Source: Cupriavidus necator (GTDB lineage: Bacteria > Pseudomonadota > Gammaproteobacteria > Burkholderiales > Burkholderiaceae). From it: DNA of 32,000 nucleotides. The stretch is taken from NCBI RefSeq assembly GCF_016127575.1, contig NZ_CP066019.1, positions 540,001 to 572,000 of the forward strand, given 5' to 3'. Position numbers and translations under genes: made by a program. Positions 1 to 9,756 of this stretch are shown piece by piece. Positions within the stretch are counted from its first letter, which is position 1; the number at the start of each line of letters is the position of its first letter. Under the pieces are notes generated by a model. That model made no database searches and had not been told where the DNA came from. It was given only the letters and a program-made list of their open reading frames with translations.

Positions 1-81
1 GAAGAGAACGGCCTGGGCCACAAGGACGTGATCCGCTTCCGCACGCCGGGGCTGGACGGCATCGGCGGCAGCCGCAGCTGA
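1..81 (+). CDS. 3' end of an upstream CDS (...EENGLGHKDVIRFRTPGLDGIGGSRS*); probably the small P4/DmpO-like subunit of multicomponent phenol hydroxylase, by position only
   Basis: Frame 1 is open from the window edge to TGA at 79-81. It lies directly upstream of a DmpP-like reductase, matching dmpKLMNOP synteny. No motif support. Confidence 0.4.
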   Translation, partial: EENGLGHKDVIRFRTPGLDGIGGSRS

Positions 82-118
82 GGCGCATGGTCGAACGCAC
101 CACCGGAAGGAGACCAAG

Positions 119-1186
119 ATGTATTCGCTGACCATTGAACCGATCGGGCAGACCATCCCCATCGCTCCCGGGCAGACCGTGCTGGACGCCTGCCTGCGCA
201 ACGGCGTGTGGCTGCCCCATGCCTGCTGCCACGGGCTGTGCGCCACCTGCAAGGTGCAGGTGGTGGACGGCGAGGTCGAGCAGGGCGAGGCCTCCAGCTT
301 CGCGCTGATGGATTTCGAGCGCGACAACGGCCAGTGCCTGGCCTGCTGCGCGACCGCGCAGTCGGACCTGGTGATCGAGGCCGACATCGAGGAAGACGCC
401 GATGCGCTGGGCCTGCCGCTGGCCGACTATCGCGCCGAAGTTGTCGAGACGCGCGCCCTGACGCCCACCATCCTGGGCATCTGGCTGCGTGTGAAGGATG
501 GTGGACGCACGACCTTCCAGGCCGGTCAGTACGTCAACCTGAACGTGCCGGGCTGCGACCAGCCGCGTGCGTTCTCGCTGGCCAACGCGCCGGGCGACGA
601 GCTGGTCGAGCTGCACGTGCGGCGCGTGCCGGACGGGCAGGCCACCGGCTACCTGCACGACCAGCTGGCGGTCGGCGACGAATTGTCGTTCTCAGCGCCC
701 TATGGCCGCTTCTTCGTGCGCAAGTCGGCGCAGGTGCCGATGCTGTTCCTCGCGGGCGGCTCCGGCCTGTCCAGCCCGCGCGCGATGATCCTGGACCTGC
801 TGGCCGCCGGCGAGACCCTGCCGATGACGCTGGTGCAGGGCGCGCGCAACCGCGGCGAGCTGTACTACGACGCCGAGTTCCAGGCACTGGCGCAGGCCCA
901 CCCCAACTTCCGCTACGTGCCCGCGCTGTCGGACGAACCCGCCGACAGCGGCTGGAGCGGCGCGCGCGGCTACGTGCATGACGTGCTGCACCAGCTCTAC
1001 GCGCAGGACGGCAATGCCGACTTCCGCGGCCACAAGGCCTACCTGTGCGGGCCGCCGCCGATGATCGAGGCTTGCATCCGCACGCTGATGCAGGGCCGGC
1101 TGTTCGAGGCGGATATCCACACCGAGAAGTTCCTGTCCGCGGCCGATGCGCAGAACAGCGCGCGCAGTCCGCTGTTCAAGATCTGA
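119..1186 (+). CDS. dmpP: Phenol hydroxylase reductase component (P5/DmpP-like): N-terminal plant-type 2Fe-2S ferredoxin fused to an FAD/NAD(P)H oxidoreductase
   Basis: CX4CX2C cluster motif (CCHGLCATC) plus a distal CLACC. RAFSLAN flavin motif and GGSGLSSP nucleotide-binding motif. RBS GGAAGGAGA at 105-113. Followed by a XylT-like ferredoxin and C23O. Confidence 0.9.
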   Translation: MYSLTIEPIGQTIPIAPGQTVLDACLRNGVWLPHACCHGLCATCKVQVVDGEVEQGEASSFALMDFERDNGQCLACCATAQSDLVIEADIEEDADALGLPLADYRAEVVETRALTPTILGIWLRVKDGGRTTFQAGQYVNLNVPGCDQPRAFSLANAPGDELVELHVRRVPDGQATGYLHDQLAVGDELSFSAPYGRFFVRKSAQVPMLFLAGGSGLSSPRAMILDLLAAGETLPMTLVQGARNRGELYYDAEFQALAQAHPNFRYVPALSDEPADSGWSGARGYVHDVLHQLYAQDGNADFRGHKAYLCGPPPMIEACIRTLMQGRLFEADIHTEKFLSAADAQNSARSPLFKI

Positions 1187-1197
1187 GGAGGCCGGCC

Positions 1198-1521
1198 ATG
1201 CATACCGTCGAGATCGCCGGCAGCGGGCTGCGCTACCCCTGCGCGGCGGAGCAGAACCTGCTGCGGGCCATGGAAGTGCTGGGCCAGCGCGGCATCCCCG
1301 CCGGCTGCCGCGGCGGCGGCTGCGGCGTGTGCAAGGTCCGCATCGAAGCCGGCGACTTTCACGCCGGCAAGATGAGCCGCGCCTGCCTGTCCGAAGCGGA
1401 GCAGCGCGACGGACTGGTGCTGGCCTGCAAGACCTACCCGGACAGCGATATCCGCCTGCGGCCGGTGGCCCTGCTGCAGCGCTGCCTGGAAAAGCAGCGG
1501 TGGCGCGAACAGGGCCGGTAG
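1198..1521 (+). CDS. dmpQ: XylT/DmpQ-like 2Fe-2S ferredoxin (catechol 2,3-dioxygenase reactivating ferredoxin)
   Basis: Internal ATG at 1198 of ORF 1045..1521, preceded by GAGGAG at 1185-1190. Motif [11 protein letters not shown]...LACK. Canonical position between the reductase and C23O. Confidence 0.85.
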   Translation: MHTVEIAGSGLRYPCAAEQNLLRAMEVLGQRGIPAGCRGGGCGVCKVRIEAGDFHAGKMSRACLSEAEQRDGLVLACKTYPDSDIRLRPVALLQRCLEKQRWREQGR

Positions 1522-1592
1522 CACGCAAACGAAGCACAAGCAAGGAAGGTGGCACCCACACAACGCCACCCCACCACACCAGGAGACCCATC

Positions 1593-2528
1593 ATGGCATT
1601 GACAGGCGTATTGCGACCGGGGCATGTAGCCCTGCGCGTGCTGGAGCTGGAACCGGCGCTGAAACACTACACCGAGGTACTCGGCTTGATCGAAACCGCG
1701 CGCGATGCGCAGGGCCGGGTGTTCCTGAAGGCATGGGACGAGCACGACCACCACAGCGTGGTGCTGCGCGAGGCCGACAGTCCGGGCATGGACTACATGG
1801 GTTTTCGCGTCGACAGCGGCCACACGCTGGAGCGGCTGGCGCAGGAGGTGGAGCAATCCGGCCTGGCCAGCGATTGCAAGTGGATCGCCGCGGGCGAGCA
1901 CCCGCATACCGGCGTGCGCTTTCGCTTCACCATCCCGACAGGGCATGCGATCGAACTCTTTGCCGACAAGGACAAGCTTGGCTGCAAGACCGGCGACCTC
2001 AATCCCGACCCCTGGCCGGACGACCTGCGCGGCATGGCGCCCAGCCGCTTCGACCACTGCCTGCTGTATGGCGACGATGTCGACGGCACCGTCAAGTTGT
2101 TCCGCGACGTGCTGGGCTTTTCTCTGGCCGAGCAGGTCGTGGCCGGGGCCGACGGCGAGATGCTGATCGGTGCCTTCCTGACCTGCTCGAACAAGGCGCA
2201 CGACATTGCCTTTATCCGCCACCCGGAGAAGAACCGCTTCCACCATGCCTCGTTCCTGCTTGATAACTGGAGCGAAGTGTTGAAGGCGGCCGACATCATC
2301 TCCAAGAAGGACGTGTCGCTCGACATCGGCCCGACCCGTCACGGCATTACGCGTGGCGCGACGATCTACTTCTTCGATCCCTCGGGCAACCGCAACGAGG
2401 TCTTCTCCGGCGGCTATATCCACTACCCGGACAAGCCCACCATCACCTGGACCGATAACGAGCTGGGGCGCGCGATCTTCTACCACGACAGGAAGCTGAA
2501 CGAAGCGTTCTTGAATGTGCTGACCTGA
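1593..2528 (+). CDS. dmpB: Catechol 2,3-dioxygenase (extradiol, type I)
   Basis: ATG at 1593 after AGGAGA. N-terminus [32 protein letters not shown], and the 311-aa length and sequence are typical of XylE/DmpB. The 1146 start in the ORF track adds an R/A-rich junk N-terminus. Confidence 0.93.
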   Translation: MALTGVLRPGHVALRVLELEPALKHYTEVLGLIETARDAQGRVFLKAWDEHDHHSVVLREADSPGMDYMGFRVDSGHTLERLAQEVEQSGLASDCKWIAAGEHPHTGVRFRFTIPTGHAIELFADKDKLGCKTGDLNPDPWPDDLRGMAPSRFDHCLLYGDDVDGTVKLFRDVLGFSLAEQVVAGADGEMLIGAFLTCSNKAHDIAFIRHPEKNRFHHASFLLDNWSEVLKAADIISKKDVSLDIGPTRHGITRGATIYFFDPSGNRNEVFSGGYIHYPDKPTITWTDNELGRAIFYHDRKLNEAFLNVLT

Positions 2529-2555
2529 GCGCGAACGCTCGCCTCCCGCTCGTTT

Positions 2556-2585
2556 GCTCCCTCTCCCGCTTGCGGGAGAGGGAGC
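2556..2585. repeat. REP-like perfect palindrome GCTCCCTCTCCCGC-TT-GCGGGAGAGGGAGC between C23O and the HMS dehydrogenase gene
   Basis: 14-bp perfect arms read directly from the sequence. It shares the core CCCTCTCCC...GGGAGAGGG with the hairpin at 25698-25723. Confidence 0.8.
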
Positions 2586-2643
2586 ACCCAATCGATGAGC
2601 GGAGGATTGCCGTGCACGAATGCTTCAATACCAGAGAAACAAC

Positions 2644-4098
2644 ATGAAAGACTTCAAGAACTTCATCAACGGCGAGTGGGTCGGCACCGCGCGGACCTTC
2701 GAGAACCGCAATCCGGCCGACAACAGCCTGATCGGCCACGTGCACGAGGCCGGACAGGCCGAGGTCGACGCCGCGGTGCGGGCCGCGCGCAGCGCGCTGC
2801 AGGGACCGTGGGGCCGCATGACGGTGGCGCAGCGGGTCGAGCTGCTGCACGCGGTGGCCGACGGCATCAACCGCCGCTTCGACGAATTCGTGCAGGCCGA
2901 GATTGCCGATACCGGCAAGCCCTTCGGGCTGGCCAGTCATATCGACATCCCGCGCGGCGCGGCCAACTTCAAGGTCTTTGCCGACCTGATCCGCAACGTG
3001 CCGACCGAAAGCTTTGCCATGGACACGCCCGACGGCGGCAAGGCCATCAACTACGCGGTGCGCAGCCCGCGCGGCGTGATCGGCGTGGTGTGCCCGTGGA
3101 ACCTGCCGCTGCTGCTGATGACATGGAAGGTCGGGCCGGCGCTGGCCTGCGGCAACACCGTGGTGGTCAAGCCCTCGGAGGAGACCCCCGCCACCGCGAC
3201 GCTGCTGGGCGAGGTGATGAACGAGGCCGGCGTGCCGCCCGGCGTCTACAACGTGGTGCACGGCTTTGGCCCGGATTCGGCCGGCGCGTTCCTGACCGCG
3301 CACCCGCAGGTCAACGGCATCACCTTCACCGGCGAGACCCGCACCGGCGAGGCCATCATGAAGGCAGCGGCCAACGGCGTGCGGCCGGTGTCGTTCGAGC
3401 TGGGCGGCAAGAACGCGGGCATCGTGTTCGCCGATGCGGATTTCGACAAGGCCGTGGCCGGCATCACGCGCTCGGCGTTCGAGAACAGCGGCCAGGTGTG
3501 CCTGGGCACCGAGCGCGTCTACGTGCAGCGGCCGATCTTCGAGCGCTTTGTCGCCGCGCTGAAGGCGAAGGCCGAGGGCCTGAAGCTGGGTCGGCCCACC
3601 GAGCCCGGCGTGAACATGGGCCCGCTGGTGTCGCACGAGCACCGCGACAAGGTGCTGTCCTACTACCGCAAGGCCGCCGGGGCCGGCGCCACCGTGGTCA
3701 CCGGCGGCGGCGTGCCGCAGATGCCGGGGGCGCTGGCCGAAGGCGCCTGGGTGCAGCCCACCATCTGGACCGGCCTGCCGGAAAGCGCCGCCGTGATCCG
3801 CGAGGAGATCTTCGGGCCGTGCTGCCATATCGCCCCGTTCGACACCGAAGAGGAAGTCATCGCGCTGGCCAACGACACCCCGTACGGCCTGGCCGCCACG
3901 GTCTGGACCGGCGACCTCGGCACCGCGCACCGCATGGGCAGCGCGCTGGACGTTGGCATCTGCTGGATCAATGCCTGGTTCCTGCGCGACCTGCGCACCG
4001 CCTTTGGCGGCGCCAGGCAGTCCGGCATCGGCCGCGAGGGCGGTGTCCATTCGCTCGAGTTCTACACCGAGCTGCGCAACGTCTGCGTCCGCCTGTGA
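2644..4098 (+). CDS. dmpC: 2-hydroxymuconic semialdehyde dehydrogenase (NAD+ aldehyde dehydrogenase family)
   Basis: MKDFKNFINGEWVG... is near-colinear with remembered DmpC/XylG (VVKPSEETP, FELGGKNA, GQVCLGTERVYV, EEIFGPC). The start at 2644 matches the DmpC N-terminus better than 2620. Confidence 0.93.
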   Translation: MKDFKNFINGEWVGTARTFENRNPADNSLIGHVHEAGQAEVDAAVRAARSALQGPWGRMTVAQRVELLHAVADGINRRFDEFVQAEIADTGKPFGLASHIDIPRGAANFKVFADLIRNVPTESFAMDTPDGGKAINYAVRSPRGVIGVVCPWNLPLLLMTWKVGPALACGNTVVVKPSEETPATATLLGEVMNEAGVPPGVYNVVHGFGPDSAGAFLTAHPQVNGITFTGETRTGEAIMKAAANGVRPVSFELGGKNAGIVFADADFDKAVAGITRSAFENSGQVCLGTERVYVQRPIFERFVAALKAKAEGLKLGRPTEPGVNMGPLVSHEHRDKVLSYYRKAAGAGATVVTGGGVPQMPGALAEGAWVQPTIWTGLPESAAVIREEIFGPCCHIAPFDTEEEVIALANDTPYGLAATVWTGDLGTAHRMGSALDVGICWINAWFLRDLRTAFGGARQSGIGREGGVHSLEFYTELRNVCVRL

Positions 4099-4107
4099 GG
4101 TCCCGTC

Positions 4108-4890
4108 ATGCATAACGAACTTATCCTTGAGATCGGCGCCGGCCTGCACCATGCGCTGGCCTCCCGTCGCCCGGTGGCGCCGCTGACCGAATCGTGGCCG
4201 GAGCTGAGCATCGACGATGCCTACCGCATCCAGCTGGCGATGGTGCAGCATCGGCTCGACGCCGGCGAGCGCGTGGTCGGCAAGAAGATCGGTGTGACCA
4301 GCCGCGTGGTGATGGACATGCTCGACGTGCGCCAGCCCGACTTTGGCCACCTGCTGTCCGGCATGGTCTACCCCGACGGCGCGGCGATTCCCGCCGACAC
4401 CCTGATCGCGCCCAAGGCCGAAGGCGAGATTGCCTTCGTGCTGAAGGAAGACCTGGAGGGGCCGGGCGTGACCAATGCCGACGTGCTGCGCGCCACCGCC
4501 TATGTGCTGCCTTGCTTCGAGATCGTCGACTCGCGCATCCGCGACTGGAAGATCCGCATCCAGGACACCGTGGCTGACAACGCATCGTCAGGCGTGTTCG
4601 TGCTGGGCGATGCCGCGGTGGACCCGCGCAGCGTGGACCTGGGCACGGTCGGCATGACGCTGGAGAAAAACGGCGAGATCGTCGCGACCGGCGCCGGCGC
4701 GGCCGCGCTCGGGCATCCCGTCAATGCGGTGGCGTGGCTGGCCAATACGCTTGGCCGGCTGGGCATTGGCCTGAAGCGGGGCGAGGTGATCCTGTCCGGC
4801 TCTCTTGCCGCGATGGTGCCCGTAACCGCCGGCGACCAGCTGCGCATCAGCCTGGGCGGCATCGGCTCGGCCGGCGTGCGCTTCGTCTGA
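4108..4890 (+). CDS. dmpE: 2-oxopent-4-enoate (2-hydroxypenta-2,4-dienoate) hydratase
   Basis: Strong resemblance to XylJ/DmpE (GKKIGVTS, QPDFG, AEGEIAFVL, DSRIRDWKIRIQDTVADNAS, GGIGSAGVRF). Confidence 0.92.
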   Translation: MHNELILEIGAGLHHALASRRPVAPLTESWPELSIDDAYRIQLAMVQHRLDAGERVVGKKIGVTSRVVMDMLDVRQPDFGHLLSGMVYPDGAAIPADTLIAPKAEGEIAFVLKEDLEGPGVTNADVLRATAYVLPCFEIVDSRIRDWKIRIQDTVADNASSGVFVLGDAAVDPRSVDLGTVGMTLEKNGEIVATGAGAAALGHPVNAVAWLANTLGRLGIGLKRGEVILSGSLAAMVPVTAGDQLRISLGGIGSAGVRFV

Positions 4891-4926
4891 ACCCGACCCA
4901 TTTTTCAATTCAGCGCAGGACATGCC

Positions 4927-5715
4927 ATGAATCTGACACACGACACCATTGCCCGGCTCGCCGAGCACCTGGAGAACGCCGAGCTGCAGCGCGAGGCGGT
5001 GCGCAAGATCACCGACGAATACCCGGACATGGACTGGGACGACGCCTACGCCATCCAGGACGCCATCCGCGCGCGCAAGGAGGCGCGCGGCACCCGCATC
5101 GCCGGGCTCAAGATGGGCCTGACTTCGTTCGCCAAGATGCGCCAGATGGGCGTGAGCGACCCGGTGTACGGCTTCCTCACCGACTATGGCGCCTGCATGG
5201 ACGGCGCCGCCATCGATACCGGCACGCTGATCCATCCCAAGGTGGAAGCCGAGATCGCCTTCGTGCTGAAGGCGCCGCTCAAGGGGCCTGGCTGCCATAT
5301 CGGCGACGTGCTGGCCGCGACGGACTTCGTGGTGCCGGCGGTGGAGGTGATCGACTCGCGCTACGAGAACTTCCGCTTCGACCTGAAGAGCGTGATTGCC
5401 GACAACACCTCGTCGGCGCGCTTCGTCGTGGGCGGCACGCACCGCGGCGCCGAGGGGCTGGACCTGAAGAACCTGGGCGTGGTGCTGGAGAAGAACGGCG
5501 AGGTGGTGGCCACCGCGGCCGGCGCGGCGGTGCTCGGGCATCCGGCCAACAGCGTCGCCATGCTGGCCAATATGCTGGGGGCGCGCGGGCGCGAGCTGCC
5601 GGCGGGCACCTTCATCATGACCGGCGGCGTGACCGAGGCCATCGCGGTGGCGGCCGGCGACAACATCACCGTTCGCTACCAGCACCTGGGCACGGTATCG
5701 ATGCGCTTCACCTGA
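4927..5715 (+). CDS. dmpH: 4-oxalocrotonate decarboxylase
   Basis: Resembles XylI/DmpH (GLKMGLTS, VEAEIAFVLKAPL, DSRYENFRFDLKSVIADN, ITVRYQHLGTVSMRF). Confidence 0.92.
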   Translation: MNLTHDTIARLAEHLENAELQREAVRKITDEYPDMDWDDAYAIQDAIRARKEARGTRIAGLKMGLTSFAKMRQMGVSDPVYGFLTDYGACMDGAAIDTGTLIHPKVEAEIAFVLKAPLKGPGCHIGDVLAATDFVVPAVEVIDSRYENFRFDLKSVIADNTSSARFVVGGTHRGAEGLDLKNLGVVLEKNGEVVATAAGAAVLGHPANSVAMLANMLGARGRELPAGTFIMTGGVTEAIAVAAGDNITVRYQHLGTVSMRFT

Positions 5716-5738
5716 ACCGCGTAGCAAGGAGACACACC

Positions 5739-5930
5739 ATGCCAATCATGCAGGTCTTCCTGATCGAAGGCCGTACCGACGAACAGAAGGCGCGCCTGAT
5801 CCGCGCGCTCACCGATGCCGCGGTCGAAGCGGTGGGCGCACCGGTGGAAACCGTGCGCGTGATGATCACCGAGGTGCCGAAGGCGCAGTTCGGCATCGGC
5901 GGCAAGACCGCCACGGAACTGGGCCGCTGA
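5739..5930 (+). CDS. dmpI: 4-oxalocrotonate tautomerase (63 codons, Pro-1 after Met removal)
   Basis: MPIMQVFLIEGRTDEQKARLIRALTDA... The size and N-terminal Pro are diagnostic. ATG at 5739 follows AAGGAGA. Confidence 0.93.
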   Translation: MPIMQVFLIEGRTDEQKARLIRALTDAAVEAVGAPVETVRVMITEVPKAQFGIGGKTATELGR

Positions 5931-5954
5931 CGCCCACGCGATAAGGACAACGAC

Positions 5955-6899
5955 ATGGACATGAAAGCAAGCGGCCACCACAAGGTGGCCATCATCGGCT
6001 CCGGCAATATCGGCACCGACCTGATGATCAAGGTAATGCGCCACGGCCGGAGCCTGGAGATGGGCGCCATGGTGGGCATCGATGCCGCGTCGGACGGGCT
6101 GGCCCGCGCCGCGCGCCTGGGCGTGCCGACCACGGCCGAGGGCATCGACGGGCTGGTCGGCATGCCGGGCTTCGGCGATATCCGCATCGCCTTCGATGCC
6201 ACCTCGGCCGGTGCTCATGCGCATCACAACCGCGTGCTGCAGCAGCACGGCGTGCGCGTGATCGACCTGACGCCGGCGTCGATCGGCCCGTACGTGGTGC
6301 CCGTGGTCAACCTGGACCAGCACCTGGATGCCCCCAACATCAATATGGTCACCTGCGGCGGCCAGGCCACCATCCCCATGGTGGCGGCGGTGTCGCGCGT
6401 GGCCAGAGTGCACTACGCCGAGATCGTGGCGTCGATCTCGAGCAGGTCGGCCGGGCCGGGCACGCGCGCCAATATCGACGAGTTCACCGAGACCACCAGC
6501 CAGGCGCTGTGCTCGGTGGGCGGCGCCGCGCGCGGCAAGGCCATCATCGTGCTCAACCCGGCGGAACCGCCGCTGATGATGCGCGACACGGTCTTCACGT
6601 TGTCGGAGGACGGCGATGAAGCGGAAATTGCGGCGAGCGTCGAAGCGATGGCGCAGGCAGTGCAGGGCTACGTACCGGGTTACCGGCTCAAGCAGCGCGT
6701 GCAGTTCGAGCGTATCGCCGCGTCGGCGCCATTGAATATCCCCGGACTGGGACCGATGAGCGGGCTCAAGACCTCGATCTTCCTGGAAGTGGAGGGCGCC
6801 GCCCATTACCTGCCGGCCTATGCCGGCAACCTCGACATCATGACCAGCGCCGCACTGGCCTGCGCCGAGCGCCTGGCCGAGACCCGGCTGTCCGCATGA
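5955..6899 (+). CDS. dmpF: Acetaldehyde dehydrogenase (acylating)
   Basis: [32 protein letters not shown] and [23 protein letters not shown] match DmpF. AAGGA lies 7 nt upstream of the ATG. Confidence 0.93.
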   Translation: MDMKASGHHKVAIIGSGNIGTDLMIKVMRHGRSLEMGAMVGIDAASDGLARAARLGVPTTAEGIDGLVGMPGFGDIRIAFDATSAGAHAHHNRVLQQHGVRVIDLTPASIGPYVVPVVNLDQHLDAPNINMVTCGGQATIPMVAAVSRVARVHYAEIVASISSRSAGPGTRANIDEFTETTSQALCSVGGAARGKAIIVLNPAEPPLMMRDTVFTLSEDGDEAEIAASVEAMAQAVQGYVPGYRLKQRVQFERIAASAPLNIPGLGPMSGLKTSIFLEVEGAAHYLPAYAGNLDIMTSAALACAERLAETRLSA

Positions 6900-6916
6900 G
6901 CCGCAGGGAGACAAAG

Positions 6917-7981
6917 ATGACCGCACAACCCACCAAGAAGCTCTACATCTCGGACGTGACGCTGCGCGACGGCAGCCACGCCATCCGCCACCAGTACAGC
7001 CTGGAGCACGTGCGCCGCATCGCGGCCGCGCTCGACGCCGCGCGCGTGGATTCGATCGAGGTCGCGCACGGCGACGGGCTGTCGGGCTCCAGCTTCAACT
7101 ACGGCTTTGGCGCCCATACCGACCTGGAATGGATCGCCGCCGTGGCCGAGACCGTGCGCCATGCCCGCGTGGCCACGCTGCTGCTGCCGGGCGTGGGCAC
7201 CTTGCACGACCTGCGCGCCGCCTATGATGCCGGCGCGCGCGTGGTGCGCGTGGCCACGCACTGCACCGAAGCCGATGTCTCGCGCCAGCACATCGAATAT
7301 GCGCGCGAACTCGGCATGGACACCGTCGGCTTCCTGATGATGAGCCACATGACCACGCCCGCGGCGCTGGCGCAGCAGGCGAAGCTGATGGAAAGCTACG
7401 GCGCCCAGTGCGTGTATGTGGTCGATTCCGGCGGCGCGCTGGGCATGCAGGACGTGCGCGAGCGCTTCCGCGCCTTCAAGGACGTGCTCAGGCCGGAAAC
7501 CCAGACCGGCATGCACGCCCATCACAACCTGAGCCTGGGCGTGGCCAATTCCATCGTCGCCGTGGAAGAGGGCTGCGACCGCGTCGACGCCAGCCTGGCC
7601 GGCATGGGTGCCGGCGCCGGCAACGCCCCGCTGGAAGTCTTTATCGCCGCCGCCGAACGCCTGGGCTGGCAGCACGGCTGCGACCTCTACACGCTGATGG
7701 ATGCCGCCGACGACATCGTGCGCCCGCTGCAGGACCGCCCGGTGCGCGTCGACCGCGAGACCCTGGCGCTGGGCTACGCCGGGGTCTATTCAAGCTTCCT
7801 GCGCCATGCCGAGGCCGCCGCGGCGCGCTACGGCCTGGGCACGGTCGACATCCTCGTCGAGCTGGGCCGGCGGCGCATGGTGGGCGGGCAGGAAGACATG
7901 ATCGTGGATGTGGCGCTGGATTTGCTGGCGCGGCGCAGTGCTCAGGCGGGGCAGGCAGTGCCGTCGGCGGCGGTGGCCTGA
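6917..7981 (+). CDS. dmpG: 4-hydroxy-2-oxovalerate aldolase
   Basis: [43 protein letters not shown] and [18 protein letters not shown] match DmpG. The 6917 start follows AGGGAG. An alternative ATG at 6896 overlaps the dmpF stop. Confidence 0.92.
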   Translation: MTAQPTKKLYISDVTLRDGSHAIRHQYSLEHVRRIAAALDAARVDSIEVAHGDGLSGSSFNYGFGAHTDLEWIAAVAETVRHARVATLLLPGVGTLHDLRAAYDAGARVVRVATHCTEADVSRQHIEYARELGMDTVGFLMMSHMTTPAALAQQAKLMESYGAQCVYVVDSGGALGMQDVRERFRAFKDVLRPETQTGMHAHHNLSLGVANSIVAVEEGCDRVDASLAGMGAGAGNAPLEVFIAAAERLGWQHGCDLYTLMDAADDIVRPLQDRPVRVDRETLALGYAGVYSSFLRHAEAAAARYGLGTVDILVELGRRRMVGGQEDMIVDVALDLLARRSAQAGQAVPSAAVA

Positions 7982-8092
7982 CCGTCGGCAGGCGCGGTCA
8001 GGGCGACGCCGGCGCGGCGCGCGCCGCAACGATCGCCAGCATCGGGCCGCTCACGCTCAATGGCCAGGGCCGGCTGCGCGGCAACCTGCGCG

Positions 8093-9420
8093 TCAGTCGG
8101 TCCCCGCCGTGGTCGCGTCGCCGCTTGCCATGCGGTGGAAGACAATATCGTCGACCAGCGGTTCCAGCGGTGCCGCAATGCGGTCGATGGTGCCTTCCCG
8201 GTTGTAGAGGAAGGTGAGGGCCAGGTTGTCAGGATGGATTTCGGCGGGTTTTTCGGCGGTGGTGAACACATCGTAATGACGATGGGCGAGCTGGCCGGAC
8301 ATGCCGCGCCAGCGCCAGACTTGTCGACCCGCAGCTGCGCGAGCATTTCCTGGCGCCGGGCGCGCATGCGGCCGAGCCAGTCGATGGGCGCATGGCCGCG
8401 CAACTGGTCCAGGGCCGCATAGGTCAGCAGCGCGGTCACCGCGCTGGGTGCCCGGTTGGTCAGCACCGCAATGCCGATACGCCTGGATGGCATCAGCGTC
8501 ATCAGCGCCGCCCAGCCCAGCCAGCTGCCGCTGTGCGAGACCGTGCGCTCGCCGCGGTATTGCTCGACCGTGAGGCCAAGGCCGTAATGCTGATCGCCGA
8601 CCTCCGGGAACTCCGACATGCCGATATGCACGCCTGGCGTCATCATGTCGCGCACGATCGCCGGCGATAGCAGGGCACGCCCGCCAACCTTGCCTTCATC
8701 CAGCAGGCAGCGCATCCATTTCGCCAGGTCCTCCACCGAGGTGGCGAGGCCACCGGCCGGCTTCACAATGGAGGACCAGTTCGCACGCAAGCACTCGCTT
8801 GCAACCATCGTATGCGGGTGCGCGTGGTCGGGAGCGGCGGCCAGGGCCTCGGCGCAGAAACCGAAGCGTGAGAAACCCAGCGGCCGCAGCAGGCGCTCCT
8901 CGGTGAAGTCCTCCCAGCGCTGGCCGCTGAGGCGCTCGGCCACATGGCCGGCGATCACGTAGCCAAGGTTCTGGTACTGCCAGCGTTCGCGCAGGTCACG
9001 GCTGGGCGCCAGGTGGCGCAGCCGTGCCAGCAGTTCGCCGGTGTCGAGGTCGCCCGGGGTATGGAGCCAGTCGTGGCGCGGCATGCCGCTGTGGTGGCAG
9101 AGCAGGTCGCGCACCGTGATGCGCTCGGTGGTGACGGCATCGTGCAGCCGGAATCCCGGGATCAGGTCGCGTACGGGCGTGGCCCAGTCCAGCCTGCGCT
9201 CGTCCACCAGCAGGCCCAGGCCGGCCGCGGTGAAGGACTTGGTGATCGAGCACAGCATGAACTGCGTGGCCGTTGTCACCGGTGCTGATCCGGCGCTGTC
9301 GCGGACGCCGTAGCCCAGCATCAGGACGGGCTCGCCGTCGCGGATCACGGCCAGCGCAAGCCCGGGGATCTTCCAGTCCGCCATCGACTCTTCGACCAGT
9401 GCATCGAATCCGTTCAGCAT
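8093..9420 (-). pseudogene. Cytoplasmic serine hydrolase of the beta-lactamase/PBP fold (PF00144-like) with a C-terminal DUF3471-like domain, interrupted by a frameshift or small deletion near 8300-8330
   Basis: From ATG at 9420: SxxK (SITK), YxN (YQN) and HSG motifs, with no signal peptide. After ...AQLRVDKSGAG the frame degenerates into P/S/T/R-rich sequence that runs on to 7942, overlapping the dmpG 3' end. A different frame (8302..8093) reads GMSGQLAHRHYDVFTT...LTFLYNREGTIDRIAAPLEPLVDDIVFHR, typical of the C-terminal domain of this family. Confidence 0.6.
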
Positions 9421-9756
9421 GGGGCATTCCTGGGGGCATGGGCTCCGTATGCTGCCATGTCCTGGCGACGCAGTCATCGCCGGGTCGAAGTGACCGTGCC
9501 TTGCTTGCAACATCCCCAGCGTTGACAGCCATTCCTCCTGCTGGCCACGCCATGCCCCTCTCTCGTAGGGATCAGTTCGGCGCGTCGCGTCGTTAGCCAG
9601 CGCAACAGGAGCACGGACCGGGGTGCCGATACGCTGGCCACGCAGCGGCGCGCGGCGCACAGGCGGGCCGCGGCATAGCGCCACGCCGGGCCGGCCTGGC
9701 TGCAAGGTGGCCCCGGGGCGGGTAAACTGGCCGGTCCCAGCCTCCTTGCCACCGCC

